DNA of 64,000 bases from Gracilinanus agilis (GCF_016433145.1 NC_058131.1:318124280-318188279); one strand, 5' to 3'; positions 50,452 to 63,685 are shown, counted from the stretch's first letter. The notes: generated by a model not told the origin, from the sequence alone. Numbers and translations are program-made.

Positions 50452-50598
50452 GAAACCCGAAATTATCCAGAAACATATCCACAGCTGCCAAGGGATGAAA
50501 CAGTTGAAAACCCTCATCTTCAGAAGCACATTTTGGAGTTGGCGTCTATCCTGGATGTACGAAATGTGTTCTTTGAGAATACTATAGATGACTATTAA
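50452..50598 (+). CDS. SCAI: SCAI terminal coding exon (ETRNYPETYPQLPRDETVENPHLQKHILELASILDVRNVFFENTIDDY*)
   Basis: tagcag acceptor, 48 codons plus TAA at 50596-50598; matches the recalled SCAI C-terminus. Confidence 0.97.
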   Translation, partial: ETRNYPETYPQLPRDETVENPHLQKHILELASILDVRNVFFENTIDDY

Positions 50599-52479
50599 TT
50601 GAACTCTTGTTGAAACTGTGTTTCATTAGCCACAGATTTTAAATGGTGCAGTTTTTTAATGTGATGATACATAGTGGCATTAAATTTTTATTTTTAAATT
50701 TAGGACCACCATTTTACAGACAACTCAAAATAATATTCTTCTGACAGATAGGGTAATTTTTGTAATCCAATCTTTGTGATCTTTTAAAAGCTAGAATAAC
50801 CCTGAAAGTTTTTTTGTTATTGTTGTCATTGTTGATATTTAGGGGTTGAAGAGTCCCAGCTCCAAAAACTGGTCCTAAATTTAAACACATAATCAGTGAC
50901 CACTCTCACCCAGAGAAGAATAAATCATTTATTTTTGTATGATGAGAAAAATCCAACCGTGATATTTTATCCTGAAAAGTCTGGATTTGGAAAAATATAG
51001 AATTGTTCTCAAAGATGAACCCAATCAACTTAGACCAATAATAGAAAAAACAAGAGCATAGCCCTTCCACAACACTTGTTTTAACTTAATATTATTAGTT
51101 AAAGAGGGGGGAAAAGAGGCTGATTCTTTGAATTTGTATGAATTTGTCTCTTTTAATCATTCACTTTCTTTTAAGTGTCATCAGATTTTGAGAATCCATG
51201 GATAGTGATTTGCTGCTGAATTTGAATTTTTCTTGAAAAATGGAGGTGGTACATGACAATGTATTAGAGTTATACATATCTTGTTCTGTCACCACATGTA
51301 TGAATTTGTGTTTTATTTTCCAACTCTTCCCACATTGCTAGTCATTTGAGAACCACATCTAAAATACTTCAATCAGAAAAACAAACCCTGTCTAGCAAAT
51401 GTCATGGTTAATAGCTCCACAGTACATTGATGTCAACAGAAAAATGTGAATTTAAACTCTTTAATTAGTAGGACCAAATTCATAAACTAGTTTTTTAATC
51501 TGTGGCATCTAGCCATAAGGGTGCAAGTAGAAAAAGATTGATATTTTAATTATGATTTTGCCCAGCTCTAAATCTATATACCTTCAAAGACAGGGTTATT
51601 GTTATTTTTGGAGATTGAGAAGAAGGGAGAAAAATCTGATATGAGAAAATTGTTTTGGTATTTTCAGTGTTGGGTATATATGGGACCTTTTGTGTCCACA
51701 CATTTTTCTTTTGGCTAAAGATCGTTTGGTTTCCTTATGTTATCCTTTTCATTTTTCTCTTGGAATCTACAAGGAAAGAATCTACCTTTTGTCCTCATTA
51801 GGGTTGAATGGAGCTGTCCTGTTGCATTCTTTTGATTCCAACATATTTTAAGTCTGTAATCATATGGCAGAAAATCCTTTAGTCAAGATGCCGATTAATA
51901 TCATTATCTGAATAGACTCAAGTGCCATTGCTCTCAGCCCAGAAAGAAACAAATAAAATGATTATTTTTGTTACTTGTGCCCTAAAGAAAAATTTCCATT
52001 GGTTTTCTTCTCCTTGTTTATATCCAGGCCACAGTTTGTTTATGTTAATCTATTTTAGGTTTCTCAGATATTATTCTAAATTGCTTGTTTCTTCTGTGAA
52101 GTACCGAAGAATTAAGTTATAGTTATAAAGCTTTAGCATTTTAAAATGAACAGAGATGAATTATTTTGAAGAAAAATTTTAGTGTTTCCTGGATTCTTCT
52201 TTCTCACAAAAGGATGGCTTTTCCCCCTTTTTTCAGTAGTTAATTCCATTTTGTAATGCTTTTCACTTGGCACTGTGAAACTAGAAACAGGATGGCATTG
52301 GTTCTTTGGACTCAATTCAGTGATTTTTAAAAAACAAACTTTTGAGACACAAATGTCCTTTAGCACATTTCCCATATTGGCAAGTTTGAATGACAGCCTA
52401 CTTAGATTATTAGACTCACATCCAGGAGTCTGGACTTCCAAGTCCATGCCTTTGGTTAACTTTCAGGCAAATCATAAAA

Positions 52480-53100
52480 TCTGATTTGGACCTCAAATCA
52501 TTTAGTCCAACCCATTCTTGAAAAATAATTTTCACCTCAACTTCCCCAACAAGAAGTGATCTGATCTTCACTTAAAGACCTCTGGTAACACTGAGCCATA
52601 GGACCTCCTGAGGTGACTCATTCTACTTTTGGACTACTTACTTTTAGAAAGTATTCCTTTATATGAGTCTTAAATCTGCTTGTATAACTTCCATGAAAAG
52701 TTCCTAGTTATGCCCTATAGAGTTGGGTAAAACAAAACTAAACCGTTGAAGATTAGCCATAAAGTTGCTCTTTAAAAAGTCTTTTCTCCAAGCTAAACAT
52801 GACCTAGATCCTTTTCTGGTGTGGTCTAATACCCCCTCACCATTGCAGTTGCCCTCCTCTAGCTGTACGTCAATTTCTCAATATCCTTCATGAAATGTGG
52901 TGTCAGTACATGACAAGGGCAGAAGACATCATTCTGTACACTACTTTTTAAAATGTAATCCAGAGATTATGCTTTTTTATTTATTTTTTTTGGTTGCCAT
53001 TTCATACTGTTGACTCTTTAGTCCCTTCTCCCAGGCCTTAGTTTCCTCTTCTTTAAAATGAAGGAGTTGGACTAAGTGCTCCCTGAGGTCTCTTCCAGTG
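52480..53100. mobile_element. Ancient L3/CR1-like and MIR relics within the 3' UTR
   Basis: Degenerate MIR core (ccttagtttcctcttctttaaaatgaagg) and CR1-like sequence. Confidence 0.45.
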
Positions 53101-54505
53101 ATATAATTCTAAGTCATTAATTACTCATTTCAAAAGAGAGTGATTTCCTAGGCAAATATTTGTAATTTAAATGCCTACATACTACCTTTCACGCTCCAGA
53201 AGTCATCTAAGCCCCTGTTGCACTAGAAATCCTGACAGGGTCAATAACCAAGCAATAAGAACTGCTTCATCTAGGCATGTTTGTTTCAACAAAAACTGAG
53301 GCACAATTTTGCTCTGTAGGTTAGAGTAGACTTTGCTTCTTTGTAGCAGTTGTGTTTTATCTTGGTAATAGTTAATCTCTAATGAATCTTGAAAGGAATC
53401 ATGAAAAGAATAGAAACATACTAGAAACTATACTATCAGGGCTCTACAGAACTAATTTCAAGCACAATGGTTTTGTTACTACTAATTTTAATAATTACAG
53501 TAATAATGATATTTGTATAGTGTTTTCAATTAATTTGTAATCACATTTTTTTATCCTTATAATTCCAAGGCAAATAAATATGTATTATTCCCATTTTCCA
53601 AATAAAGAAACTGGGCCCTAGAGGCTTGGTTACTCACTTAAAATAAAAAAATGTGGTTAGTGATAGAGCATGATCTTATTCAAAAACACTTCTGAAATTA
53701 AGAAACTGAAGATTCAGCATATGTGGGGTTTTTTTTAAATTTAAGATTAAAATTACATACTTAAAATAACATGAATCTTATTTTTAGCAGGGCTATGTTC
53801 CTTCTTAAAGTGTATTTCCTAAAAGGAAGGGGTACTTGAAAGAACTTGAAATTAAGAATTGAAAAAGCACAGTACATGTGACCTTTTTGTACCTTCCATA
53901 AGTTTTACCAAACAGAAGCATTTAAAGACTAAATGTAAAGTCCCATGTGGTCCTGAGCCCCAATTACTTTTTCTCTCACAGGCTTCATTTCTCATTTTCT
54001 TCTGTTTTAATTCCCTGAAATAATTTAAAATTATACTCTATTCATATGGCACTGATAGAAGGAGCACATCTGGTTTGTAGTAAGTCCTATGGATAAATCA
54101 GTAATGGAACTTTCTCAACCAGTTCTCTCTTGCTAGTTGTGCCCCGTTTACTATGAGTTGGTTATTTTCTGTCTGGTTGATTGCCCTGAGAGAGTGGGTT
54201 AAATTGTGTTAACGGTTCTTTGTGGGAAAATGAGCACCAAAGTTGCATATAGCCTACGCTGATCAGAATGAGATGTATTCCATTCAATTCAACAGAAATT
54301 TTTAAATGCCTCCTCTTTGTAGCCCCATTCAGTTCCAGGATTTGAAAACATAGTGAAGGCAGACACAGTGATAGCTGGAGATATATGGCACTTCTCTTGA
54401 GTTGGTGCCTATCTGTGCTCCAGCAGCAGATTTAGGGTGAACCAGAGTCATTTTGACTTTGATCTGAATGATACTAGGGCTTTCCTTATTAGTTGGGTAT
54501 GGCAT

Positions 54506-54510
54506 GTTGT

Positions 54511-54545
<35 letters not shown>

Positions 54546-54550
54546 CGTGT
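54506..54550. repeat. (TG)n microsatellite in the 3' UTR
   Basis: Direct reading of the sequence. Confidence 0.95.
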
Positions 54551-57500
54551 GCTCATTAATGTATTGGGAAAATAAGCAATGTCCTTTTGAGGGACTGTGG
54601 TTCTATAGTTGCCTTTATTTATTTTAAATGCTTTTTCTTGTAATGGTATATACGTATATATATTTTTGTGATGCTTGATGCAATCTGTGTGTGTACATGT
54701 ATGTATGTATATGTGTATATATTTGTAAATACATTAGGATGAAATGATATAGTATGTGTATATTATATACAACATGGCTATTGTGGCATGAATTTATTTT
54801 CGTTCATTGAGGACATCAGAATGGCATCATTCATGCTGTTCTCATAAAGGCTGTGGCTGTATCCCTTTCAAGAGCCTCTATTTTGAGGGGCTTATGTTTG
54901 GGTAATAATTTGGGAATTAAAATCAGAACCTGACAATCTCGGCAAGAGAGCCAGTCTTTCACAGTTTGGGAAATCATTAGAAATTCTCCTTTAAGTTTTT
55001 GATAAATCTGGGTTTGTGAAATGAATACCCACATCATAAGAGGGGCACTTGCTGGTACTATATTAGTCTCTTATTTCTTGATCTGAAATAGGGTATCACT
55101 TTGTACTTAGTAGGTTACTGATTAGAGTCTAATTATGGGAGTGTAGACAAAATTTGATTTCTTCATAAACCAAGATGAATAGATGGATATGAAAGGTCCT
55201 TTAAAAAAAAGGAGAAATTATTTCCCAACTGTACTGAAATCTGAAAATGGATTTAATTTTTTTTCTTCATTCCTGTGATTGGTTTTTAGCTGTGCGTGTC
55301 TTTGTGAGGCAAGGGGAAAGAGCATTTGCTATCTTTAGGCTTCTGCTCTCATTGAGGTAGCTCTAGGGGAAAAAGTGCTTAAAGTAGGTGAGCTATACTT
55401 TCACCAGTTTCTGCTTGTTCTGAAGCAGTGTGTTTGCTAACTCTTTTTATACCAGTAGCATTTGGGTGTACCCATCTTAACATTTTTCATGCTACATCCT
55501 TCTGATTAGAGCAAAAATAGCAACTGAGTACCAATTTTAAATTGGTGTCAGAGATGTTTAGGTGAAACCAACACCAGTCTCCAGTGACTGGAAAGCATCC
55601 ACGTAAAAGTTGATTTTTCTGTGAAGCCATTTAGTAACCTTCTTTTGGATGAAAAGCTGAGTTGAAACAGGGTCCCCCTAGTGTTAGGTATGTGGTATCC
55701 TTTATACTGCAGTTGATAACCATCTGGAACTGAAGAGAAAAAAGCAGGCAGAAGGGCCATCCACACAGGAAAACAGGACTCTAACAACAGTAATGAATAA
55801 CTTTATGAGCTGTACTCACTTTAGACCTTGAAATATAATTAGGCACACAGTGTTGAATTATTTGGAAGATACCACCGTCTTTAGATAGCATGTATATTTG
55901 CATAGAATAGTTCAAGAGATGCTCAATATTTGTTTTGCATTTGGGGTGCTTTCGCTGCAGAAATTAGACTTGTCATAATTTTAAAAAAAACACGAATTAA
56001 CTCCCTTTTCTTGATTGAAATAAAATTTGTTACCCAAAAGACCTTTTTTTTTTTTTGCTTACTAACAGAACAGCCAAAATTAAAAAAAAAATTCAGTTGT
56101 AGAATATAATCGAAAGTGGATATTCAAATTCTTAGCAATTTTTTTCCTTAATGAAGGAATTTTAGAGTTTGAAATAACCTGCAAATTTGTGCAGGTGTCT
56201 ATAGTGTTTGATTCACATTTTGTTTCGGTAAGAAAGCAACTCATTGCAATTGGATACCAAAAAAGTATTTAGCTTCATGGAAATGATCCACCTAAGTATG
56301 GATTTTAGTTTGAGGATAGCAGCTATAAAAAATATTGGGTAGATAGGTTGATAATTCCCATTGTGATATATTCCTTGTCCCAAAAGTTATAAGGCCAATT
56401 CTTATTTTTTGCATTTAGTAGAACACAGATTTGAAATCTATACCATGGAAAAACAAGTCTTTCCTACCTTATTATAGTTTTCTATACTTTGATAAATCGG
56501 TACTTTGTACATGTAGGTGCTATGTTCTCAATTTCCTCTCAGATACTGGGGGAGGAAATTATTTCCTTTTCACCAGTTCTTCCTACAGTTGAGTTAAAAA
56601 CCTGAAAATCACAATGTTTCCTGGCCTCTTGGGATTTGAATACACAGAACTGTTTTAGGATGGGGAAGGCAGTGTGTGTAAGTGAAATCAGTCACCTACT
56701 GAGTAGCAAAGAAAAGAGCAATAAGAAAAAGTAAAGGGAAAATATCTTTAGAGAATTAAAAATGTTTAAAATTAAGTAGGACTGATTTTCTGTATTATAA
56801 AAACATTTTGTTTAAAATGTATATATGAAATATGTTTATTGTTTTATTATGATTATTTTTCACTTAATTGTTGTGTGAAATTGAATTTATTAGTTTTCCA
56901 TTTCTACTTGACAATGTTACCTGAACACTTGATTGAAATATCATTTTAAAATTCCATATATGAGGGTTTTTTGTTATTTTGTCAGTTTGATAAGTAATGA
57001 TATTTTCAAAACCTAAGAAGTTTGCATAGTAGATTCTGTTTTTCCTATTGATATGATTATATCATATCTGTTGTAAATGCCAGATACAGTTCTTCAAAGC
57101 TATTTTTTGGTATATGGACTAATTTTAAGTTGGGAATTTTATCTCCTTTTACTAGACACAACTGGTCGGTATCCTAAGATCAGTAACTGACCTTACACAG
57201 AAAGAGTAAAAGACATTGGGGATTTCAGTGTCTAAGCTCATGAATGAAAATTTATATTTAGGCCCCTTAAGATACTATACCATTTTCAAAGTGAGATAGA
57301 AATGAACATATGAAGAAAAAATGGAAGTGTTGCTCCTGGAAGTTAGATCTTAAAGTTAGTTTAATCACATTACTATTTTGCATTTATTTTTAAGGCTATT
57401 CTGAATCTTCCTCTTTCCCAGCGTATGAAAACTTAAGAAATGCCAATATTATGTTCTATATATTTTAAACCTTCTTAAGCATATTGCTATAACATGCCAG

Positions 57501-59819
57501 CAATTTAAGATGCAAATTGATAACCCCCGAGGAGATAATCCTGAATAGAAAAGAATATCATATTAAAATAAATAAATTCATCCACTAGATCCTCTACCTC
57601 TTCTTCCTTAAGAGCACATTAAAGGAGTTGCAGAAAGACAGCCTATAATTTTCTTTTAGACTGTTTTAGGAGAAATGATGGAAGCGAAATCTGAGACAAG
57701 GAAGCAAGAAAGGAGGATTTTTCTTTTTCCTGATTCCAAAAGCTTTATAATTTTCACTCTTGATTATAGCATCACTAAGTAGAATTGTTTATTTATGCCG
57801 CTAATGTAATATTTTAGAACTCCTCTTGCCCTGGCTTTTTACACTGATCTGAATGTATTCTTTATAGAATCACCCAAACTCATCCTTGGTTCTCCTAAGG
57901 GCTTTTTGTTTCCATTGGTCTTGCCATTTAACAGTAATCCATTTAACTTACATCTTTACCTGTAATACTTCAAGATTTATGAAGCATTTTCCTCACAACA
58001 ATCGAATGGTGTAAGTAGTGTAGTTATTAAGTCCATTTTATATATGAGGAAACAGAATCAGAAATTTTGAAAGTTGTTAAGAGCTGAGATAAAAAAGACA
58101 TTAGGTAATAGAGTACATAAACTCTGAAAACCTTTTTTTTCCTTTTTTCACCATTTAAAGGAGCTTTCTTAAGGGAACTTCATCAGGGTAGATGAGCATC
58201 TGCCTGGAGCAAAGAGAGATTTAACACCTTTCCCAAGGTTACTTAAAATATAGAAGAGACAGGTCTCAAACCCAATTATTCCTTACTCTTGAGTCCAGCT
58301 GTATCCATGTTGCCAGGGCTTTCTCTAAATCTTTACATTTCTATTGCAGATATAACAAAAGTGAAGCAAGTTGTCACACATACTTGGGTTATCTTCCTTC
58401 ATCTTGGTGATTGGGTCCAATCAATTAGAAGTTAATATTCTAAGGAAATAGGGATAGGTTCAACTATTGATTACAGTAAATTCCATCATTGTTAATTATC
58501 CCTCATATTTGCATGGTACTTTATGGTTTTCAAACTAATTTCACATATATCAGCTCATTTGAACTTCACAAAAACCCTATTGAGGTGAATAGGGCAAATA
58601 TATCCATATTTTTGAGATAACAGGTTCGGAGAAAATTGTGACAATATTTATTTAGATCACAAATATAAAAAGTGACAGAAGAGACTTGAATATTGGCCAT
58701 TTGACAATAGGTTCAGTTCTTTACAATACAGAGCCTACATAGAATAAATGAATGAGATTTTTCCTCATTCACTTCAAACTGTCATTAAAGTTCGAGTTAG
58801 CCATGTGATGACTAAGAATATAGATGCATCTGTTTTCATGGAAATTGTTGTGAACTTTTTTTTAACATGTGGTTATTAGGCAGTAATACACTTTTTTGTT
58901 TATATACATAAAATTACATTTGGGAATGACGATAACTTCATTTCCTAGTGATATTAGTGCCCTTTTTTTTTTAACTGTGGCAAATACTTGTCTATAACTG
59001 AAATGATACTGAATTGTGAAACAAGTTATAAAGATTATACACCTGTATATCTTTTAGGAGCTCTCCAGAAGAGACTGAAGCACAAAAATTTTACATGTTT
59101 CATTCCTTTTCTAAGTGCTGCAAGTCTGTAGTGCATATGATGTTAACTGTAAGTGTAAGAACCCTACTTAGCATCCACAGTCTCTGTAATCTTTGATGCA
59201 TTGTCTTGTTTGCCCATTTGTGTTAAAACTTATGGGATTATGCGTTTTTTTAAAAAATGACTTGAAAACCAAGCCCATCAATTTAGTCCTATGAGGTGGC
59301 TGTTAACTGGATACGGTCATTTCACAATGTGTTGTCAGTAGATTCAATTTTGAGGGAATATTTGCAATCAGTAGCTAATTAAGAAAATGTTGCTTTGTTA
59401 GTTCATACATTTGACATGAAAATCTGATACTTTACATTTGTGATATTGTATAGGCCTTGTCTATTGATGCATCTGAAATGCTTAAGCCATACCCTTAACA
59501 AATGTTTCCAGTTTGTTCCATCCCATCAGGTAAAATTTTCAAGCTCTAGTCTGTTGCTATTGCTATTTCATAGTCTATCCTTCACTCCTTTCACCTATGT
59601 ATTTCAGTAAATGAACTTACTTAAAAGTAAAACACTGTGATTCTGCAGAGCTCATGGCAGCAGGACCATGTCTTTCTTGGATTTTGTTCTTTTGAAAAGC
59701 ACCTGTCATAGTCAGGGTGCTTGAAAAAAGCTAAGTATCATACTATTTATATTGCATTGAATAACAAGATTATGGAGGGTTTGATTTTTGCTGTCAGTGT
59801 ACTAAAGCTATTTTTCATT

Positions 59820-59975
59820 AATAAATGTTCTCTAGGAATGTGACTACCTTCATCATTTGTGAACTATTGTACATGAATTTTGTATCTGGGATCCACACGT
59901 ATATTATGTGTATTATCAATATAAAAATAAACATATTTGCTTAAAGTGTTGGTACCTTGTCAGTGTTGAAGACAC
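59820..59975 (+). terminator. SCAI: Distal SCAI polyadenylation region
   Basis: AATAAA at 59820-59825 and 59926-59931, TGTA motifs upstream of the second, and a GU-rich tract (gtgttggtaccttgtcagtgttg) downstream. Confidence 0.7.
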
Positions 59976-61739
59976 CATGGTTCTTGGCTTCTCACTTAAT
60001 TCAAATTCTTGAAAAGTTCTATAATTTCATTTCTACTCTCTCTATTGACAAATCACTTTCCCACACATATTGATAAATGGTTCCATAAATTGCTATAGAC
60101 AAACAAAATTCATTCCTTGGTGGCCAGACTTATTTTAATGAGACTCTTAGCACTTAGCTAGCTTGTGCCATGATAACAGAAATGCCATCTTTTGCTAGAC
60201 TGATAACCAAAATCTTTCTAGCTTCGTGGCTGTAGTCTTCAAAACCTAGTCACACAGGTTAGCTGTTGCCCTGGCTTCTTCTCTTCCCCTTCTCCCATAA
60301 AGTAAGATAAAGAAAGCCTTTGAGGTGCAGTGGCTAAAGAGCTGACTTTATAGCTTGAAGTGTCTCCACATAACAGCTGTATGACAGTAGGTAAATCACT
60401 TAACCTTTCATTCAGTGCCCGAGGCAACACTATAAGACTAAGAAACCAGCTGCCAGTCTGCAGCTAGAGAGGAAGTTGATAACTTTGCTAAAAAGTTGCC
60501 AAAATGAATTGGTAGAGGGAGTTTTCTCACTGGGAGCTCTCATACCAATGATTTAAGACTCTTCCCACACATGATAAACATAAAATATTATAAATATCAA
60601 TATAAACACTAGGATCCAATTAGCTCTGCCTATTGAAATCCATCTACAAAGCTCACTCATGTGTAAGCTTTGGGGCCTGTTTACTCCCCCCAGCCTCAGA
60701 AAGTTGTGGTACTATTGTTGACTCCCTGAGGCCAGATAGGGTGGTGACTAGAATGTTGAGTTTAGGAAGACCTGAGTTAAAATACTGCCTCTGGTACTTA
60801 CTAGCTGCTAGACCAGTGTCAGCAAGTCACTTAACCTCCCTCTGCCTCAATTTCCTTATTTGTAAAATGGGGATAATATTAACACCTATTTCACAGAATT
60901 AATGTTAACAGAAGGTAGGCCCTTTTGCGTTTTATCTTTGCTTTTAAAGTTCTGAACACAATGCACTAATATAGTTGGTAAATATTAGTAAATAATAATT
61001 GAGTTGGTTCTTCTCTGTATGCAGCAGGGGAGAGAAATGTGGAGTTCATTAACATAGATAGGATTTTATCTATGCCAAAAGCCCAGCTTACTACCTCAAA
61101 TAGGTCTTGGAGTAGAACACTTTGGCTCTAACAATGGAGCTTGGAAGGGGAGGGCAGTGGTGTCAGCATTTATAAATTTTGATATCGTTAATTTTTTGTT
61201 CATATATTGTTTTTTATATCACCTTCACTTGTGAAGAAATGCTACTTCCTTTCCCTATAAGGAAAGTCTTTGTAATACAGCACAAAAAAAAAAAAAGAAA
61301 GAAAAAATTTTAGCAAAATTAACTGAATCTGACAAGTCAGGTTGTTTCTTATTGTTCTATCTTTCCATAAAGGAAGAGGGGTGTATTTCATCTTTTAATG
61401 GCTGGGTTGGAAAGCTTTCTTATTATAATTGCATAATGCTAGGGGTTTTGTTTTTGTTCTTTCTATTAACATCATTGTAGCCAAGGATACACTTTTCCTG
61501 GTTCTGCTAGCTTCAACTAATTCGATTTTATATGCCCCCCCTTTGAGTTTGTCACATGTTTCTATTTAACTGCAATGTATTTTCACCTATGCCTTTTGAC
61601 AGCACTTTCATTTTCAAAAATCTCTCTTCCCACATCCCTCGCCAAATATCCAACCCTGCCCATAAGAAAAAAAATTAGTTCTAAAAAACCAATATATCAA
61701 TTGAGAGTGATTCTTTTTGCATCATTTTCAATTATTTTC

Positions 61740-62700
61740 CCCGATGGCGAGACCAATGCACTCCTCAACCGGCCGTGTAAGAGTGCCAGGCCGGAGCTTT
61801 TCCTACTGTTATCCATTTTACACATGGGAAAACTCAGGCCCAGCACCTTTACGTTCAAAGCCTAGCACACTTTCCACCTGATGCATTTTTTTTTCCTCTT
61901 TCGTGAGACACGTGACTGGGAACACCCGGTAACCTCCCCCGAGACCAAGGACACTGACTTCCAGTGCGCTGACGTGGCCCAGCCAGCCCGCGCACGCGCG
62001 TTGAAGCCCCACTGGGAGCGTTCTCGTTTAACAGTCCTCGCCAGGCTCGCGCCGCAATCTACTCCATCTCTACTCAGCCAGAAAAAAGGTAGCGAAGGGA
62101 AAAGAGGGGACCCCGTTAGCTACTTCTCTAGGCTGTAACGCATGCGCACAGCCTCCGAGGCGCTCCAGGACCTTCACAGTCACTTCCGGTGTCTCCTCCT
62201 GCGTTTCCGGGTCCGGGGCTGCGGTCGCCTAAGAGGTGCTGCTGACGCCTCCGCTGGGGCGCTGGGGACTGAGTTCCGGAAGTTGCGGTAGCCGCCACCC
62301 CCCTGGTCTCCTCCTAGGAGACTGGGGCTTGGGCCGAGTAGGTGCGAGCCACAGGTGCGCGGGCCCGGAGCAGGATCCCAGGGTCAGGCCGGATGTCTGC
62401 GGCAAGCGGGCGGGCTTAGGGAGCCCCCCCAGAGGACCCCGAGCTGCGCATCAGGAGCCCTCCAGAGCCGCCCCAGCTCCCCGCTTCCCGCTCCGTCCCT
62501 GCATCGCGCTGGGACGGAGAGGGAGGTGGTCTGCCTGCGGTTCTGGAAGGAGCCCCTCCCTGGGAGCCAGGAGAATTTGGTGGCAGACGCAGCCCCGCCA
62601 CCATCTCCCCGGTGTCACTCTGGGCAAGTCACTTCCCTCCCCTCCCCCCCCAGTGGGCCTTAGCCTCCCAATCTGTTAAATGGTGGAGGCGGGGTGGGCT
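61740..62700 (+). promoter_or_regulatory. CpG-island promoter and first exon region of the next gene (probably GOLGA1 by synteny)
   Basis: Sharp rise in GC and CpG; NRF1 site ACGCATGCGCA 62138-62148; ETS/GABP sites CACTTCCGG 62181-62189 and CCGGAAGT 62276-62283; candidate donor TAG|gtgcga at 62341/62342. In human, GOLGA1 starts just downstream of SCAI on the same strand (recalled). Confidence 0.75.
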
Positions 62701-63636
62701 TGGTAGGGTCTGGTGGGCCTGTCCAGCTCTTCCCATTCGGCTGTGCTAAAGTGATCCCTGCTCGTTCTTAAACTCTCGAGGAAGTGGCTTGTACTGAAAA
62801 TAGGGTCTGCTGTCAGAAGACCTGGCCTCTGAGCTCCAGACTCTACCACTAACTGTCAGTTGGAAAGCTAGTCCTCCTTCCCTGGCCTCACTTTCTTCCT
62901 CTGCACAATGGGAGATTGGATTAGCTTGGTTAAAAGGTCTCTTCTAGCCTTAATTTATGAATATAGGAGGTAAGGCTCCTTCATAGAAGAGGCAAGAAAA
63001 GATGATGAAGAGGAATGCTCCAGAATTCCAGATGTCAGCGGTTCATTCCTACTTGGGGTATTCCTGTTTAGATTCCAGGCTTTTGTACTTTATTTAGGGT
63101 TGCAGTTCTCAGACATTCTAAATGTGAGCCTGGGAAAGAATGGCAGACCATAATCAGCTTATTATGTGATATTTGTGACTTGGTCAGAACAAACTAGGAA
63201 GTAAGTCTTGGCCAGTGGATTATTCCTTACTTCTTTTTTGTGTTTTCCTCTTTAATCTTCAAAATTTGAGAAGTAAAATTGGAAACTGACAAGAGTGTGG
63301 TGTAGTAAAAAGAACACTGGATTTTCAATTGTAAGATCTAGCAGTGAGTCCTGAATTTTGTGCTTACTAGCTATTTGGCCTTGGACATAAGCCACAGATT
63401 CTTTATTTCTAAAATGAGGTTGTTGGGCTTGATGGACCATTCCAGCCCCCAAGTTCTCTAATTCTGTGAAGAGTAAAGCCAGGTATGTTTTTTGATCAAC
63501 AAAAGCACTAGGCAGACCAGAATATTTGCAGAAAACTGAGATGCAGTGGTACAATATGTTGTGTTTCTATTTGTTTCCTATAAATTAAAGTTGATAGAGG
63601 AAACATCAAATGTATTTTGTCTTTGCCTTCATACAG

Positions 63637-63685
63637 CACAGAATGCAGTAGCAAGAAAGCTGATTTTAAATCTGGTAGTTACCAG
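63637..63685 (+). other. Candidate 49-nt 5' UTR exon of the downstream gene
   Basis: Pyrimidine tract ttttgtctttgccttcatacag and consensus donor CAG|gtgagt. Confidence 0.5.

Larger units (their letters stand above)
50599..59950 (+). other. SCAI: Probable long SCAI 3' UTR (~9.3 kb)
   Basis: AT-rich and repeat-poor compared with the introns; ends at tandem AATAAA with a downstream GU-rich tract. Human SCAI also has a multi-kb 3' UTR (recalled). Confidence 0.7.

Noticed and set aside
13200-50598. Possible U12-type introns in SCAI
   Set aside because: No donor matches GTATCCT or ATATCCT; all are U2-type GT-AG.
62236-62679. ORFs of 147, 102 and 62 aa over the CpG island
   Set aside because: These are typical stop-poor GC-rich frames with low-complexity P/G/R/A content and no resemblance to golgin-97.
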